Assembly: GCA_948739805.1 (NCBI GenBank)
Contig: CAPYID010000002.1
Location: 48,295 to 112,294, forward strand
DNA length: 64,000 nucleotides
Reading direction: 5' to 3'
From: an uncultured Clostridia bacterium
GTDB lineage: Bacteria > Bacillota > Clostridia > TANB77 > CAG-508
Below, piece by piece: positions 39,647-49,955 of the stretch. Under the pieces are notes generated by a model that saw only the letters and a program-made list of their open reading frames with translations, was not told the origin of the DNA and did not search any database. Position numbers and translations under genes: made by a program. Every line of letters begins with the position of its first letter. Position 1 is the stretch's first letter.

Positions 39647-40381
39647 ATGATAGATATACATGCGCATATTTTAACTGAAATAGATGATGGAGCAAGTAGT
39701 TTCGAAGAAAGTGTAGCAATGCTCTATGAGGCGAGAAAGGCAGGGTTTTCTGGTATAGTATGCACACCACATTATATGCAACAATTCTATGAAAGAGATG
39801 TAAACTATGTAAGTAATAAACTACAAGAATTAGAAGTTGATGCAAAAAGAGTAGGAGTTCATCTATACCAAGGTAATGAAATATATATATCAAATGAAAT
39901 TTGTAAATTTATAAATGATAAAAAAGTCACAACAATAAATAATAGTAGGTATCTATTAATAGAAAGTTCATTAGACAATAACCCTACTAAAAATTATATA
40001 GAAATTATACAAGAAATTGTTAAAAATGGATATATTCCGATAATAGCACATCCAGAAAGATATCCATATATTCAAAAAGACATAAAATTTGCAAAAGATT
40101 TATTGAACAAAGGTGCTTTGTTACAAGCAAACTTTGCAAGTATAGATGGCTATTATGGAACACAAGCTAAAAAAACAATTATAAAATTATTTAAAAATAA
40201 AATGATACAATTTCTGGGAAGTGATGCACATAACAAGAAAACCATATATACTAACATATCTCAATACATGAAAAAAATATCAAAATATTTATCAGAAAAT
40301 GAAATTGATGAGCTAGCCTATAAAAATCCTGTAAAAGTTATACACAATGAAGTGATAAATATTGATACAAGTAAATTTTAA
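39647..40381 (+). CDS. PHP-family tyrosine-protein phosphatase (CpsB/YwqE type)
   Basis: MIDIHAHIL...DDGA, CTPHY, IAHPERY and GSDAHN motifs. Confidence 0.8.
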   Translation: MIDIHAHILTEIDDGASSFEESVAMLYEARKAGFSGIVCTPHYMQQFYERDVNYVSNKLQELEVDAKRVGVHLYQGNEIYISNEICKFINDKKVTTINNSRYLLIESSLDNNPTKNYIEIIQEIVKNGYIPIIAHPERYPYIQKDIKFAKDLLNKGALLQANFASIDGYYGTQAKKTIIKLFKNKMIQFLGSDAHNKKTIYTNISQYMKKISKYLSENEIDELAYKNPVKVIHNEVINIDTSKF

Positions 40382-40398
40382 AAAATTGTAAATGAATA

Positions 40399-40440
40399 TT
40401 GACTTTTTTTATACCTAGATGTACAATGTATAATATACAT
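40399..40440 (+). promoter_or_regulatory. promoter (TTGACT-17-TACAAT) overlapped by the perfect 15-nt palindrome ATGTATAATATACAT (PadR-type operator)
   Basis: Palindrome at 40426-40440, flanked by TACCTAG...CTAGGTA outer inverted repeats. Confidence 0.5.
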
Positions 40441-40473
40441 AGATTACCTAGGTATAAAAAGGAGGTCAAAAAT

Positions 40474-40812
40474 ATGAAAATTAGCAAAGAATTAGCTAGA
40501 GGCAGTACAACAATGCTTATTCTTAATCTTTTACAGAATAAGAATATGTATGGGTATCAGATAATTAAGGAGCTAAGTGAGAAATCAGAAAATGTATTTG
40601 AATTAAAAGAAGGAACACTATATCCAATATTACATGGACTAGAAAGTAAAAATCTAATTACATCTTATTGGGATGAGACAACAGCCAAAAAAAGAAAATA
40701 CTATACTATTACAGAAGCTGGAAAAAAGCAATTAAAAAACCAAAAAGAAGAATGGCTTACATTCAGTACAGGAGTAAATAGAGTAATAGGAGGTGTTTCT
40801 TTTGCTAACTAA
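40474..40812 (+). CDS. PadR-family transcriptional regulator
   Basis: TTMLILNLLQNKNMYGYQIIKELSE...GTLYPILHGLESKNLI winged-helix signature. RBS AAGGAGG. Confidence 0.8.
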   Translation: MKISKELARGSTTMLILNLLQNKNMYGYQIIKELSEKSENVFELKEGTLYPILHGLESKNLITSYWDETTAKKRKYYTITEAGKKQLKNQKEEWLTFSTGVNRVIGGVSFAN

Positions 40813-42172
40813 TGAATTTTTAAATAATGTATGTAAGAAAATAAAATATAAACCCATTAGAAGTGAAATATTTGAAGAGCTAAAAAACCATATTGAAGAA
40901 CAAAAAGACGAGTTAATTCAGAATGGAACAGAAGAAAAAATAGCAGAAGAAACAGTAATTCAAAATATGGGAAATGCAGAAGAGTTAGGAAAAAATTTAA
41001 ATAAAATACACAGACCAAAATTAGATTGGAAATTATTATTACTTATAGTAATTTTAATTACTTTTGGTGTTTTAGTTGTATCAATTAAAATAAGAAACTA
41101 TAATTCTGGTTTAACAAATGTGTCAATAAATGGGGGAAAATATTTAATAGCTTTATGTGTAGCAACTACTTTAAGTATAATAATATATTTTATAGATTAT
41201 AGAAAAATATCTAGATATTCAATAATACTGTATATAATAGCTACACTATGTTTTGTAATGCCATATTTAACTGGATTTGGTGTGAACCTTAATGGAAGAA
41301 TATATATGAGGATATTTAATGAAAGCATTTTACCTACAGATATTGCGATTCCACTGTATATAATATCTTTTGTAGGTTTCATACATAATGTAAATGAAGA
41401 AACAAGAATTAAATTCATAACCAAAAGTGGAAAAAATATAAATGTAAATATAATCAAAATAATAACATTAAGCATTATTTCCTTATTTTTTGTAATGCGA
41501 GAAAGTGTTGCTACATCAGTAATCCTAGCATTAGTATATATGATAATATCTACCATAAAATTAAGGGAAAAAGCAAAGAAATATATAGTTATACTGTGGA
41601 CAATACCAATAATACTAATAGCACTAATAATGGTTATGAACTTAAGTAATGGATTTGCTGAATATAGAATAAATAGAATATTAATAAACTTTAAACCAGA
41701 AATAGATCCACAAGGCTCAGGCTGGCAATTAATAGCTAGAAATGAAATGATAAAATCTGCAAAATTAATAGGAGAAGCGGAAGGAACCGAACTATATACT
41801 AGATTACTTTTTGAAGAAGAAAGAAATTGGGCTTTTATATCAATACTTGTAAATTATGGATGGATTGTAAGTATAGGAATGGTATTAGCAATTATATTAT
41901 TAAGTGTAAAATTAATAACAAATTCAATAAATATAAAAGAAGAGTATGGAAAATGGATAACAATAGGAATTTCTGCTATGTTTATATTAGAAAGTTTATT
42001 TAATGTTGCAATGAACTTAGGATTTGGAGTAGTAGCAGGATTTAATCTACCTTTAATTTCTTATGGAAGACCAAGCTTAATAATAAACATAATAAGTTTA
42101 GCACTAGTATTATCAGTGTATAGAAGAAAAGATATTAATATATCTAGGGGGGAGCATTGTTCGTCTGTATAA
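40793..42172 (+). CDS. membrane protein: DUF1700/HAAS-like N-terminal domain fused to a polytopic domain with a degenerate SEDS(FtsW/RodA)-like segment
   Basis: Overlaps the padR stop. N-terminus KIKYKPIRSEIFEELKNHIEEQKDELIQNG. Segment FEEERNWAFISILVNYG resembles SEDS PEAHTDFIF..EELG but with substitutions. Confidence 0.45.
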   Translation: MFLLLTNEFLNNVCKKIKYKPIRSEIFEELKNHIEEQKDELIQNGTEEKIAEETVIQNMGNAEELGKNLNKIHRPKLDWKLLLLIVILITFGVLVVSIKIRNYNSGLTNVSINGGKYLIALCVATTLSIIIYFIDYRKISRYSIILYIIATLCFVMPYLTGFGVNLNGRIYMRIFNESILPTDIAIPLYIISFVGFIHNVNEETRIKFITKSGKNINVNIIKIITLSIISLFFVMRESVATSVILALVYMIISTIKLREKAKKYIVILWTIPIILIALIMVMNLSNGFAEYRINRILINFKPEIDPQGSGWQLIARNEMIKSAKLIGEAEGTELYTRLLFEEERNWAFISILVNYGWIVSIGMVLAIILLSVKLITNSINIKEEYGKWITIGISAMFILESLFNVAMNLGFGVVAGFNLPLISYGRPSLIINIISLALVLSVYRRKDINISRGEHCSSV

Positions 42173-42259
42173 AGTATAGACTTTCGTTAAAATAATGTAA
42201 TATAGCAATCAAAATAGAATAAATATATAACAGTAAAGATAAAGTAAGATGAGGTAAGA

Positions 42260-42820
42260 ATGAGTATATTAGAAATTTTATTAATTTGCATAGGGCTTGC
42301 AATGGATGCGTTTGCAGTATCAATATGCAAAGGATTAGCAATGAAAAAAATGAACTGGAGAAAAGCAATAATAATAGGACTATATTTTGGAATATTTCAA
42401 GCAGTAATGCCAATTATAGGGTATTATCTTGGAGAAAAATTTGAAAACTTAGTAACTAGTATAGATCACTGGATAATATTAGGATTACTTGTATTCATAG
42501 GTGGAAACATGATGAAAGAATCCTTTCAAAAAGAAAATGAAGAAGCAAATGAGAATATAGACATAAAAACAATGATGATACTAGCAATAGCAACAAGTAT
42601 AGATGCATTAGCAGTAGGAATAACATTTGCCTTTTTTGAAATAAACTTAATATCAGTAGTCCTAGCAATAGGAATAATAACATTTATATTATCAGTTATA
42701 GGAGTCAAAATTGGAAATAAATTTGGAGCAAAATATAAAAGAAAATCAGAATTTGTAGGAGGGTTAATATTAATTCTAATAGGTATAAAAGTATTAATGG
42801 AACACTTGGGAATAATATAA
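42260..42820 (+). CDS. mntP: manganese efflux pump MntP
   Basis: GLAMDAFAVSI and TSIDALAVGITFAF repeat motifs. 186 aa. Confidence 0.8.
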   Translation: MSILEILLICIGLAMDAFAVSICKGLAMKKMNWRKAIIIGLYFGIFQAVMPIIGYYLGEKFENLVTSIDHWIILGLLVFIGGNMMKESFQKENEEANENIDIKTMMILAIATSIDALAVGITFAFFEINLISVVLAIGIITFILSVIGVKIGNKFGAKYKRKSEFVGGLILILIGIKVLMEHLGII

Positions 42821-42831
42821 ATTTAACATAT

Positions 42832-42856
42832 GTAGGGGCACATTACATATTTTTAA
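42832..42856 (+). repeat. GTAGGGGC-family intergenic repeat copy
   Basis: TGTAGGGGCACATTACATA. Confidence 0.4.
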
Positions 42857-42896
42857 TGAATAATTAATAATGAATAGTTAATGATGAATAATAGAT

Positions 42897-42943
42897 GTAG
42901 GGGCGCCCAGTAAAATTTGCTATGCAAATTTTACTGGGCGCCC
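42897..42943. repeat. GTAGGGGC head followed by a perfect 20-bp inverted repeat GGGCGCCCAGTAAAATTTGC-TAT-GCAAATTTTACTGGGCGCCC
   Basis: Perfect palindrome with strikingly high GC for this genome. Likely terminator and REP-like element. Confidence 0.6.
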
Positions 42944-43062
42944 GTTTATGTAGCAATAAATGTGAAATGTTTGTGAATTTAGCAATCACAAATTGACACT
43001 GCTAAAAATATACTATATAATCTATTAATATCATTTATGAGAAAAAAGAAAGGAAAGAAAAA

Positions 43063-44826
43063 ATGTTAAAATTACTAAGAAACTTAGGAAAAAAAGAAAT
43101 TATTTTAGCAATAATAAGTTTAATTTTAATTATTGCACAGGTATGGCTAGACTTAAAAATGCCTGATTATATGTCTGAAATTACAGTATTAGTACAAACA
43201 GAAGGAAGTGAGATGTCAGAGATTATAAAAAATGGAGCATTTATGCTTTCATGTGCCCTAGGAAGCCTAATCTCAGCTGTAATAGTAGGATTTTTAGCAT
43301 CAAATATATCAGCAACTTTTTCAATGACAGTCAGAAAAAAGCTATTTGATAAAGTCGGAAACTTAGCAATGCATGAGGTAAAGAGTTTCTCAACAAGTAG
43401 TCTAATAACAAGAACCACAAATGATATTACTCAAATACAAATGTTAGTTGCAATGGGAATGCAACTTTTGATAAAAGCACCAATTACAGCAATTTGGGCA
43501 ATAACGAAAATACTAAACAAAAGTTGGCAATGGAGTGCAATTACAGCAGTAGGTATAGGAGTTTTATTAGGAGTAATAGCAATACTTATGGTAATAGTAA
43601 TGCCAAGATTTAAAAAGGTTCAAAAATTAATAGACAAAGTAAATGGAGTAACCCGTGAGAACTTAACAGGAATTCGAGTAGTAAGAGCATTTAATGCAGA
43701 AGAATATCAAGAAAATAAATTTGAAGATGTAAATGAAAAACTTACGAACATGCAATTATTTAATCAAAAAGCATTCTCAGTTCTTTCACCAGTAATGTAT
43801 CTAGTAATGTATTTTTTAACACTTGCAATATATTTTGTAGGAGCATCTTTAATAAAAGATGCATTAATGGCAGATAAAATAGCATTATTTGGAGACATGG
43901 TAGTATTCAGCTCATATGCAATGCAAATAATAATATCATTCCTAATGTTAGCAATGATATTTATGATGTTACCACGTGCAGAAGTTTCAGCGGAACGTAT
44001 TAACGAGGTATTAGACACAGAAATAACAATAAAAGATGGAAAAATCGACAAAGACATAAGTGATGAAAGAGGTACAGTAGAGTTTAAAAATGTATCATTC
44101 AAATATCCAGATGCAGATGAATACATGTTAAAAGATATATCATTTAAGGCTAATAAGGGAGAAACAGTAGCATTTATAGGATCTACAGGTAGTGGAAAGT
44201 CAACTTTAATAAATCTTGTACCAAGATTTTATGATGCAACAGAAGGTAAAGTCTTAATAGATGGAGTAGATGTAAAAGACTATAAACAAGAATTTTTACA
44301 TAATAAATTAGGGTATGTGTCACAAAAGGCAGTTATATTTAATGAAACTGTAAAGAACAATGTAGCATATGGAGAAAATGGAAAAGGGGAAGCCACAGAA
44401 GAACAAATAAAAAAAGCAATTGAAGTCGCACAAGGAAAAGATTTTATTGAGAAAATGGAAAATACATATGATACACAAATGTCACAAGGTGGAACTAATG
44501 TATCAGGAGGTCAAAAGCAAAGAATATCAATAGCAAGAGCTATTGCAAGAAATCCAGAAATATATATATTTGATGATAGCTTTTCAGCACTAGATTATAA
44601 AACAGACAGTATTTTAAGAAAAGAACTAAAAAAATATACAGAAGATGCAACAACATTAATTGTAGCACAGAGAATAGGAACAATTATGAATGCTAATAAA
44701 ATAATAGTTTTAGATGATGGAGAGATAGTAGGGCAAGGAACACATAAAGAACTATTACAGAACTGTGAAGTATATAAGCAAATAGCATTATCGCAATTAT
44801 CAAAGGAGGAATTAGACAATGGCTAA
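43063..44826 (+). CDS. ABC exporter, fused permease/ATPase (heterodimer half 1)
   Basis: Six TM helices, Walker A GSTGSGKST, signature VSGGQKQR, DDSFSALD. Confidence 0.85.
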   Translation: MLKLLRNLGKKEIILAIISLILIIAQVWLDLKMPDYMSEITVLVQTEGSEMSEIIKNGAFMLSCALGSLISAVIVGFLASNISATFSMTVRKKLFDKVGNLAMHEVKSFSTSSLITRTTNDITQIQMLVAMGMQLLIKAPITAIWAITKILNKSWQWSAITAVGIGVLLGVIAILMVIVMPRFKKVQKLIDKVNGVTRENLTGIRVVRAFNAEEYQENKFEDVNEKLTNMQLFNQKAFSVLSPVMYLVMYFLTLAIYFVGASLIKDALMADKIALFGDMVVFSSYAMQIIISFLMLAMIFMMLPRAEVSAERINEVLDTEITIKDGKIDKDISDERGTVEFKNVSFKYPDADEYMLKDISFKANKGETVAFIGSTGSGKSTLINLVPRFYDATEGKVLIDGVDVKDYKQEFLHNKLGYVSQKAVIFNETVKNNVAYGENGKGEATEEQIKKAIEVAQGKDFIEKMENTYDTQMSQGGTNVSGGQKQRISIARAIARNPEIYIFDDSFSALDYKTDSILRKELKKYTEDATTLIVAQRIGTIMNANKIIVLDDGEIVGQGTHKELLQNCEVYKQIALSQLSKEELDNG

Positions 44827-46864
44827 TGAATTAAAAAATACTCCTAGAAGAAGGGGTCCAATGGGACCAGGAATGGGAGGTGCACCAGCAGAAAAGGCAA
44901 AAGACTTTAAAGTAGCAATGAAAAGACTATTTAGTGAATTAAAAAAATTTAGAATATTAATCATAATAGCACTTTTATTAGCAACATTAGGTGCAATCCT
45001 TTCAATAAGTGCACCAAATAGATTATCAAAACTAACAGACGAAATATCTAAAGGATTAGCAGTAAATAGTGATAATTTAGAAACTCTTGGGCAACAAGTA
45101 ATCACAAATTTTGATACAGGAAGAATAGAAGAAATTGAAATAGATGGAACCAAGATTTCGGTAGGAGACCAAATTGAATTCTTAAATAAAATGAAAGATA
45201 TGGGAGAGGATGCTACCGTAGAGAAGGTATATGAAAAATTAGATGAAATGCCAGAATCAATTCAAGAGCTAGTAAAACCATTTATGAATATGGAAGAAAT
45301 AACAAAAATAGCATTATTCTTAGCAACTATATATATTGCAAGTGCATTATTCACATTCATACAATCAATTTGTATGACAGATGTTTCAAACAAATTTGCA
45401 AAAGTTCTAAGAACTAGAATTTCTGTAAAAATAAATAGTTTACCACTTAGGTATTTTGATAAACACTCAACAGGAGATATATTATCAAGAGTCACAAACG
45501 ATGTAGATACAATAGCACAATCAATGAACCAATCATTAGCAACATTAGTAAGCAGTGTAACACTATTTATAGGGACAATAATAATGATGTTTTACACAAA
45601 CTGGATAATGGCAATAACAGCAATTTTATCAAGTCTATTAGGATTTATATTAATGTTTTTAATATTAGGAAAATCACAGAAATATTTCGTATCAAGACAA
45701 GAAGAACTGGGAAATTTAAATGGACATATTGAAGAAATATATTCAGGACTAAACGTTGTAAAGGTATATAATGGAAAAAAGGAAGCAGACAGGAAATTTG
45801 ATGAATACAATCAAAAAGTATATGAAGCAAATAGAAAAAGTCAATTTTTATCAGGATTAATGCATCCAATAATGGCATTCATAGGAAATTTGGGATATGT
45901 TGCAGTATGCATAGTAGGTGCCCTACTTACAATGAATAATATAATATCATTTGGAGTGATAGTAGCATTCATAACATATGTAAGATTATTCACAAATCCA
46001 TTAAGTCAAATTGCACAGGCAATGACATCATTACAATCCACAGCAGCAGCAAGTGAAAGAGTATTTGAATTTTTAGATGAAAAAGAAATGTCAAATCAAG
46101 AAGAAATTACAAAGACATTAAAAAAAGAAGAGGTAAAAGGAAAAATAGAATTTGAAAATATTGTGTTCCAATATGATAATAATGACAAGCCGACAATACA
46201 AGGATTTAGTGCAGTTGCAGAACCAGGACAAAAAATAGCAATAGTAGGACCAACAGGAGCAGGAAAAACAACACTAGTAAACCTATTAATGAAATTTTAT
46301 GATATAGACTCAGGAAATATAAAGATAGATGGAGTACCAACTACAGAATTAACGAGAGAAAACATACATGATTTATTTACAATGGTATTACAAGACACTT
46401 GGTTATTTGAAGGAACAATAAAAGAAAACATAATATATAATAGTGAAAATGTAAGTGATGAACAAATAGTAGAAGTATGTAAAACAGTAGGATTACACCA
46501 TTTCATAAAAACACTACCTAAAGGATATGACTCAAAAATAACAGAAGATGATAGTGTATCATCAGGGCAAAGACAATTATTAACAATTGCAAGAGGAATG
46601 ATACAAAATGCACCATTCTTAATATTAGACGAGGCAACTTCAAATGTAGACACAAGGACAGAAGAACTAGTACAAAAAGCAATGGATAAATTAACAGAAG
46701 GAAAAACATCATTTATAATAGCACATAGACTATCTACAATAAAAAATGCAGATTTAATATTAGTAATAGGCAATGGAAACATAGTGGAGCAAGGAAATCA
46801 CGAAGAGCTAATAGAAAAGAATGGAGTATATGCAGAACTATACAATTCACAATTTGAACTATAA
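44819..46864 (+). CDS. ABC exporter, fused permease/ATPase (heterodimer half 2)
   Basis: Overlaps the preceding gene by 8 nt. Walker A GPTGAGKTT, signature SSGQRQL, Walker B LILDEATS. Confidence 0.85.
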   Translation: MANELKNTPRRRGPMGPGMGGAPAEKAKDFKVAMKRLFSELKKFRILIIIALLLATLGAILSISAPNRLSKLTDEISKGLAVNSDNLETLGQQVITNFDTGRIEEIEIDGTKISVGDQIEFLNKMKDMGEDATVEKVYEKLDEMPESIQELVKPFMNMEEITKIALFLATIYIASALFTFIQSICMTDVSNKFAKVLRTRISVKINSLPLRYFDKHSTGDILSRVTNDVDTIAQSMNQSLATLVSSVTLFIGTIIMMFYTNWIMAITAILSSLLGFILMFLILGKSQKYFVSRQEELGNLNGHIEEIYSGLNVVKVYNGKKEADRKFDEYNQKVYEANRKSQFLSGLMHPIMAFIGNLGYVAVCIVGALLTMNNIISFGVIVAFITYVRLFTNPLSQIAQAMTSLQSTAAASERVFEFLDEKEMSNQEEITKTLKKEEVKGKIEFENIVFQYDNNDKPTIQGFSAVAEPGQKIAIVGPTGAGKTTLVNLLMKFYDIDSGNIKIDGVPTTELTRENIHDLFTMVLQDTWLFEGTIKENIIYNSENVSDEQIVEVCKTVGLHHFIKTLPKGYDSKITEDDSVSSGQRQLLTIARGMIQNAPFLILDEATSNVDTRTEELVQKAMDKLTEGKTSFIIAHRLSTIKNADLILVIGNGNIVEQGNHEELIEKNGVYAELYNSQFEL

Positions 46865-46879
46865 TATTACATTTAAATC

Positions 46880-46936
46880 GTAGGGGCACATTTCAATGTG
46901 CTCCAATTTTATCAACGGACGACCAATGGTCAGTCC
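46880..46936. repeat. composite GC-rich intergenic repeat: GTAGGGGCACATTTCAATGTGCTCC hairpin plus ACGGACGACCAATGGTC (reverse complement of CCATTGGTCGTCCG)
   Basis: Both motif families are present. Copies at 53953, 55663, 42832/42897 and 20852. Confidence 0.5.
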
Positions 46937-47023
46937 TTATTTGAAATTTAAAAATATAAAATCTTGATAAATTTTGTATATTGTGGTAAACTACAAAGGA
47001 TAGAAAGAAAAAGGAGAATAAAC

Positions 47024-48337
47024 ATGCAAATATTAGTAATCATAATCTTAATATTATTAAATGCTTTTTTTGCAGCAGCAGAAATAGCATTTATATCATT
47101 GAATGATGCAAAAATAGATTTACAAGCAAAAGATGGTAACAAAAAAGCAAAAAAAATAAAAGAAATGTTAGTAAATCCAAGCAAGTTTTTAGCAACAATT
47201 CAAATAGGTATAACACTTGCAGGATTTTTATCAAGTGCATTTGCCTCAGAAACATTTGCGAGTGAATTAGCACCAATATTAAATAAGTGGATACCACAAA
47301 TAAGTTTATCAGCTTGGAACAATATTGCGATAATAGTAATTACAATTATATTATCATATTTTACATTAATATTTGGAGAATTAGTACCAAAAAGACTTGC
47401 AATGAAAAATAGTGAAAAAATTGCATTTGCGTCTATTGGAATAATAAAAACAATATCAGTAATTACGTCACCATTTGTAAAATTTTTAACACTGTCTACT
47501 AATATAGTTTCAAAATTATTTGGAGTATCAGAAGGTGAAGAAGAAACAGTAACAGAAGAAGAAATTAGAATGATGATAGACGTTGGAAAAGAAAAAGGCA
47601 CGATAGACGAAGAAGAAAAGAATATGCTTAATAATGTATTTGAATTTAATGACAAAGTAGTATCAGAAATAATGATACCAAGAACAGAAATATTTGCTTT
47701 AGATATGAATATGTCAATTTCAGAGGTAATAGAGGAACTATCAGAAGACTTAAGATACAGTAGAGTTCCAGTATATGATGAGAAAATAGACAAAATAAAA
47801 GGAATAGTATATATAAAAGATATTTTATTATCAACTAAAAATAAAAACACAAAAATAAAAAATCTAATGAAAGAAGTATTTTTTGTATCAGAAACAAAGC
47901 CAGTAAATGAATTATTTGAGGAACTAAGAAAAAATAGAAAACAAATTGCAATAGTAATAGATGAATATGGAGGAACATCTGGAATTGTAACGATGGAAGA
48001 TATATTAGAAGAAATAGTAGGAGACATATATGATGAATATGACAAAGTAGAAAAATTGGTTGATCAATTAGATGAAAACACATTTGTTTTAAATGGAAAA
48101 TTAGCAATATACGAAGTTGAGGACATATTAGGGGTAGACATTGAGGAAGGAGATTATGATACACTTTCAGGATATTTAGTAGAAGAACTAGGAAGAATTC
48201 CAACCGAAAAAGATAAAGGAGTAGTAATAGAAACAGAAAAGGTAGCATATAAAATTGAGAATGTAAAAGATAGGCATATTTCAAAAGTAAAAGCCTGCAA
48301 AATTGAGCAAATAGAGGATAATGAAGAAGAAAAATAA
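47024..48337 (+). CDS. CNNM/TlyC-family (hemolysin-like) membrane protein with CBS pair and CorC_HlyC domain
   Basis: DUF21 TM N-terminus, two CBS motifs, C-terminal transporter-associated domain. RBS AAAGGAG. Confidence 0.8.
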   Translation: MQILVIIILILLNAFFAAAEIAFISLNDAKIDLQAKDGNKKAKKIKEMLVNPSKFLATIQIGITLAGFLSSAFASETFASELAPILNKWIPQISLSAWNNIAIIVITIILSYFTLIFGELVPKRLAMKNSEKIAFASIGIIKTISVITSPFVKFLTLSTNIVSKLFGVSEGEEETVTEEEIRMMIDVGKEKGTIDEEEKNMLNNVFEFNDKVVSEIMIPRTEIFALDMNMSISEVIEELSEDLRYSRVPVYDEKIDKIKGIVYIKDILLSTKNKNTKIKNLMKEVFFVSETKPVNELFEELRKNRKQIAIVIDEYGGTSGIVTMEDILEEIVGDIYDEYDKVEKLVDQLDENTFVLNGKLAIYEVEDILGVDIEEGDYDTLSGYLVEELGRIPTEKDKGVVIETEKVAYKIENVKDRHISKVKACKIEQIEDNEEEK

Positions 48338-48347
48338 GAGGTAAAAA

Positions 48348-49868
48348 ATGGGGAATATATTGAAATTAATATTTAGTAGAATTGGAATTATTGCAATATG
48401 TATATTAGTACAAATAGTTTGGTTATTCTTAATAGTTGCAAACTTTAGAGGTTATATTCCTTTAAATGTAATTTTAACTATTTTAAGTATACTAATAGTT
48501 TTAACAATAATAAAAAACGAAAGACATTTAGACAATAAGTTGCCATGGATTATATTAATAATATTAGTACCATTTTTTGGAGGATTACTATATGTATTTG
48601 TTGGTGCAAACTTATATTCAACACCAATGTTGAAAAAAATAAATGAAAAAGGAAAAAAGGCAAAAGAATATTTAATACAAGATTCAAAAATAATTAATGA
48701 AATACGAGAAAAAGATCTAAATATATATGGACAGGTTCAATACATGTCAGATTATGTAGGATATCCAATATATAATAATACAGCTATAAAATACTTCCCA
48801 ATAGGGGAAGAGACTTATAAAGTAATGATAGAAGAATTAAAAAAAGCAAAAAAATTTATATTTCTAGAATACTTTATAATAGGAGAAGGCAAAATGTGGC
48901 AAGGGATATTGGAAATACTGGAACAAAAAGTAAGAGAGGGTGTAGACGTTAGAGTAATATATGATGATGTAGGAAGTATAAGTTCTTTGCCAAATAAGTA
49001 TGACAGATTCTTAGAATCAAAAGGAATAAAATGTGTAGTATTCAATAAATTAAAACCTGTTATAGCAGTTATTATGAACAATAGAGACCATAGAAAGATA
49101 ATGGTAATAGATGGAAATGTTTCATTCAGTGGAGGAATTAATATTGCAGATGAATATATTAACAAAAAGGAGAGATATGGACATTGGAAAGATAATGGGA
49201 TAATGATAAAAGGAGAAGCGACATGGAATTTTACAGTTATGTTCTTAAAAATATGGAATGCATATAGAGAAGAAGATGAAACATTTGAAAAATTTAGACC
49301 AACAATAAAAGATGTAAAAGGAGATGGATATATATTACCATATGGGGAAAATCCATTAGATGATGAAATAGTTGGAGAAAACATATACTTAAACATTATA
49401 AATCAAGCAAAAAGGTATGTATATATATTCACACCATATTTAATTATAGATAGTGAAATGATATCAGCAATAACATTAGCAAGAAAGAGAGGTGTAGATG
49501 TAAGAATTGTAACACCAGGCATTCCAGACAAGAAAATAGTATTCACATTAACACGTTCATACTATAAAATGTTAAAAAAGGATGGGGTAAAAATATATGA
49601 ATATACACCAGGATTCTTACATTCAAAAGTATTTGTATGTGATGACGATATAGCCACAGTAGGAACTCTTAATTTAGACTATAGAAGTTTATATTTGCAC
49701 TTTGAGTGTGGTATATATATTTATGAATCAGAAGTAATACAAGATATAAAAAAGGATGCACTAGAAACAATGGAAAAAAGTCATTTAATTTCAGAAAAAG
49801 AATGTAATTTTGGATTTATAAAATCCATATTTCAAGCAGTACTAAAAATTGTGGCACCACTAATGTAA
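48348..49868 (+). CDS. cls: cardiolipin synthase
   Basis: Two HKD motifs (NRDHRKIMVIDG and HSKVFVCDD). N-terminal TM helices. Confidence 0.85.
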   Translation: MGNILKLIFSRIGIIAICILVQIVWLFLIVANFRGYIPLNVILTILSILIVLTIIKNERHLDNKLPWIILIILVPFFGGLLYVFVGANLYSTPMLKKINEKGKKAKEYLIQDSKIINEIREKDLNIYGQVQYMSDYVGYPIYNNTAIKYFPIGEETYKVMIEELKKAKKFIFLEYFIIGEGKMWQGILEILEQKVREGVDVRVIYDDVGSISSLPNKYDRFLESKGIKCVVFNKLKPVIAVIMNNRDHRKIMVIDGNVSFSGGINIADEYINKKERYGHWKDNGIMIKGEATWNFTVMFLKIWNAYREEDETFEKFRPTIKDVKGDGYILPYGENPLDDEIVGENIYLNIINQAKRYVYIFTPYLIIDSEMISAITLARKRGVDVRIVTPGIPDKKIVFTLTRSYYKMLKKDGVKIYEYTPGFLHSKVFVCDDDIATVGTLNLDYRSLYLHFECGIYIYESEVIQDIKKDALETMEKSHLISEKECNFGFIKSIFQAVLKIVAPLM

Positions 49869-49887
49869 ATACTGCTCTTGTCTTTGT

Positions 49888-49919
49888 AATATTTCTGTAA
49901 TATGATTAAATTACCCTGT
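49888..49919 (+). repeat. 32-nt conserved intergenic motif, copy B
   Basis: See 31955-31986. Confidence 0.6.
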
Positions 49920-49955
49920 CTCCATTTTTTAGATAGTTGAAAAAATAAAACAATT

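Noticed and set aside
42860-42900. Run of mini-ORFs ATGAATAATTAA / ATGAATAGTTAA (MNN*, MNS*)
   Set aside because: AT-rich tandem TAATGAATA repeats. No RBS. Too short to support as leader peptides without further evidence.
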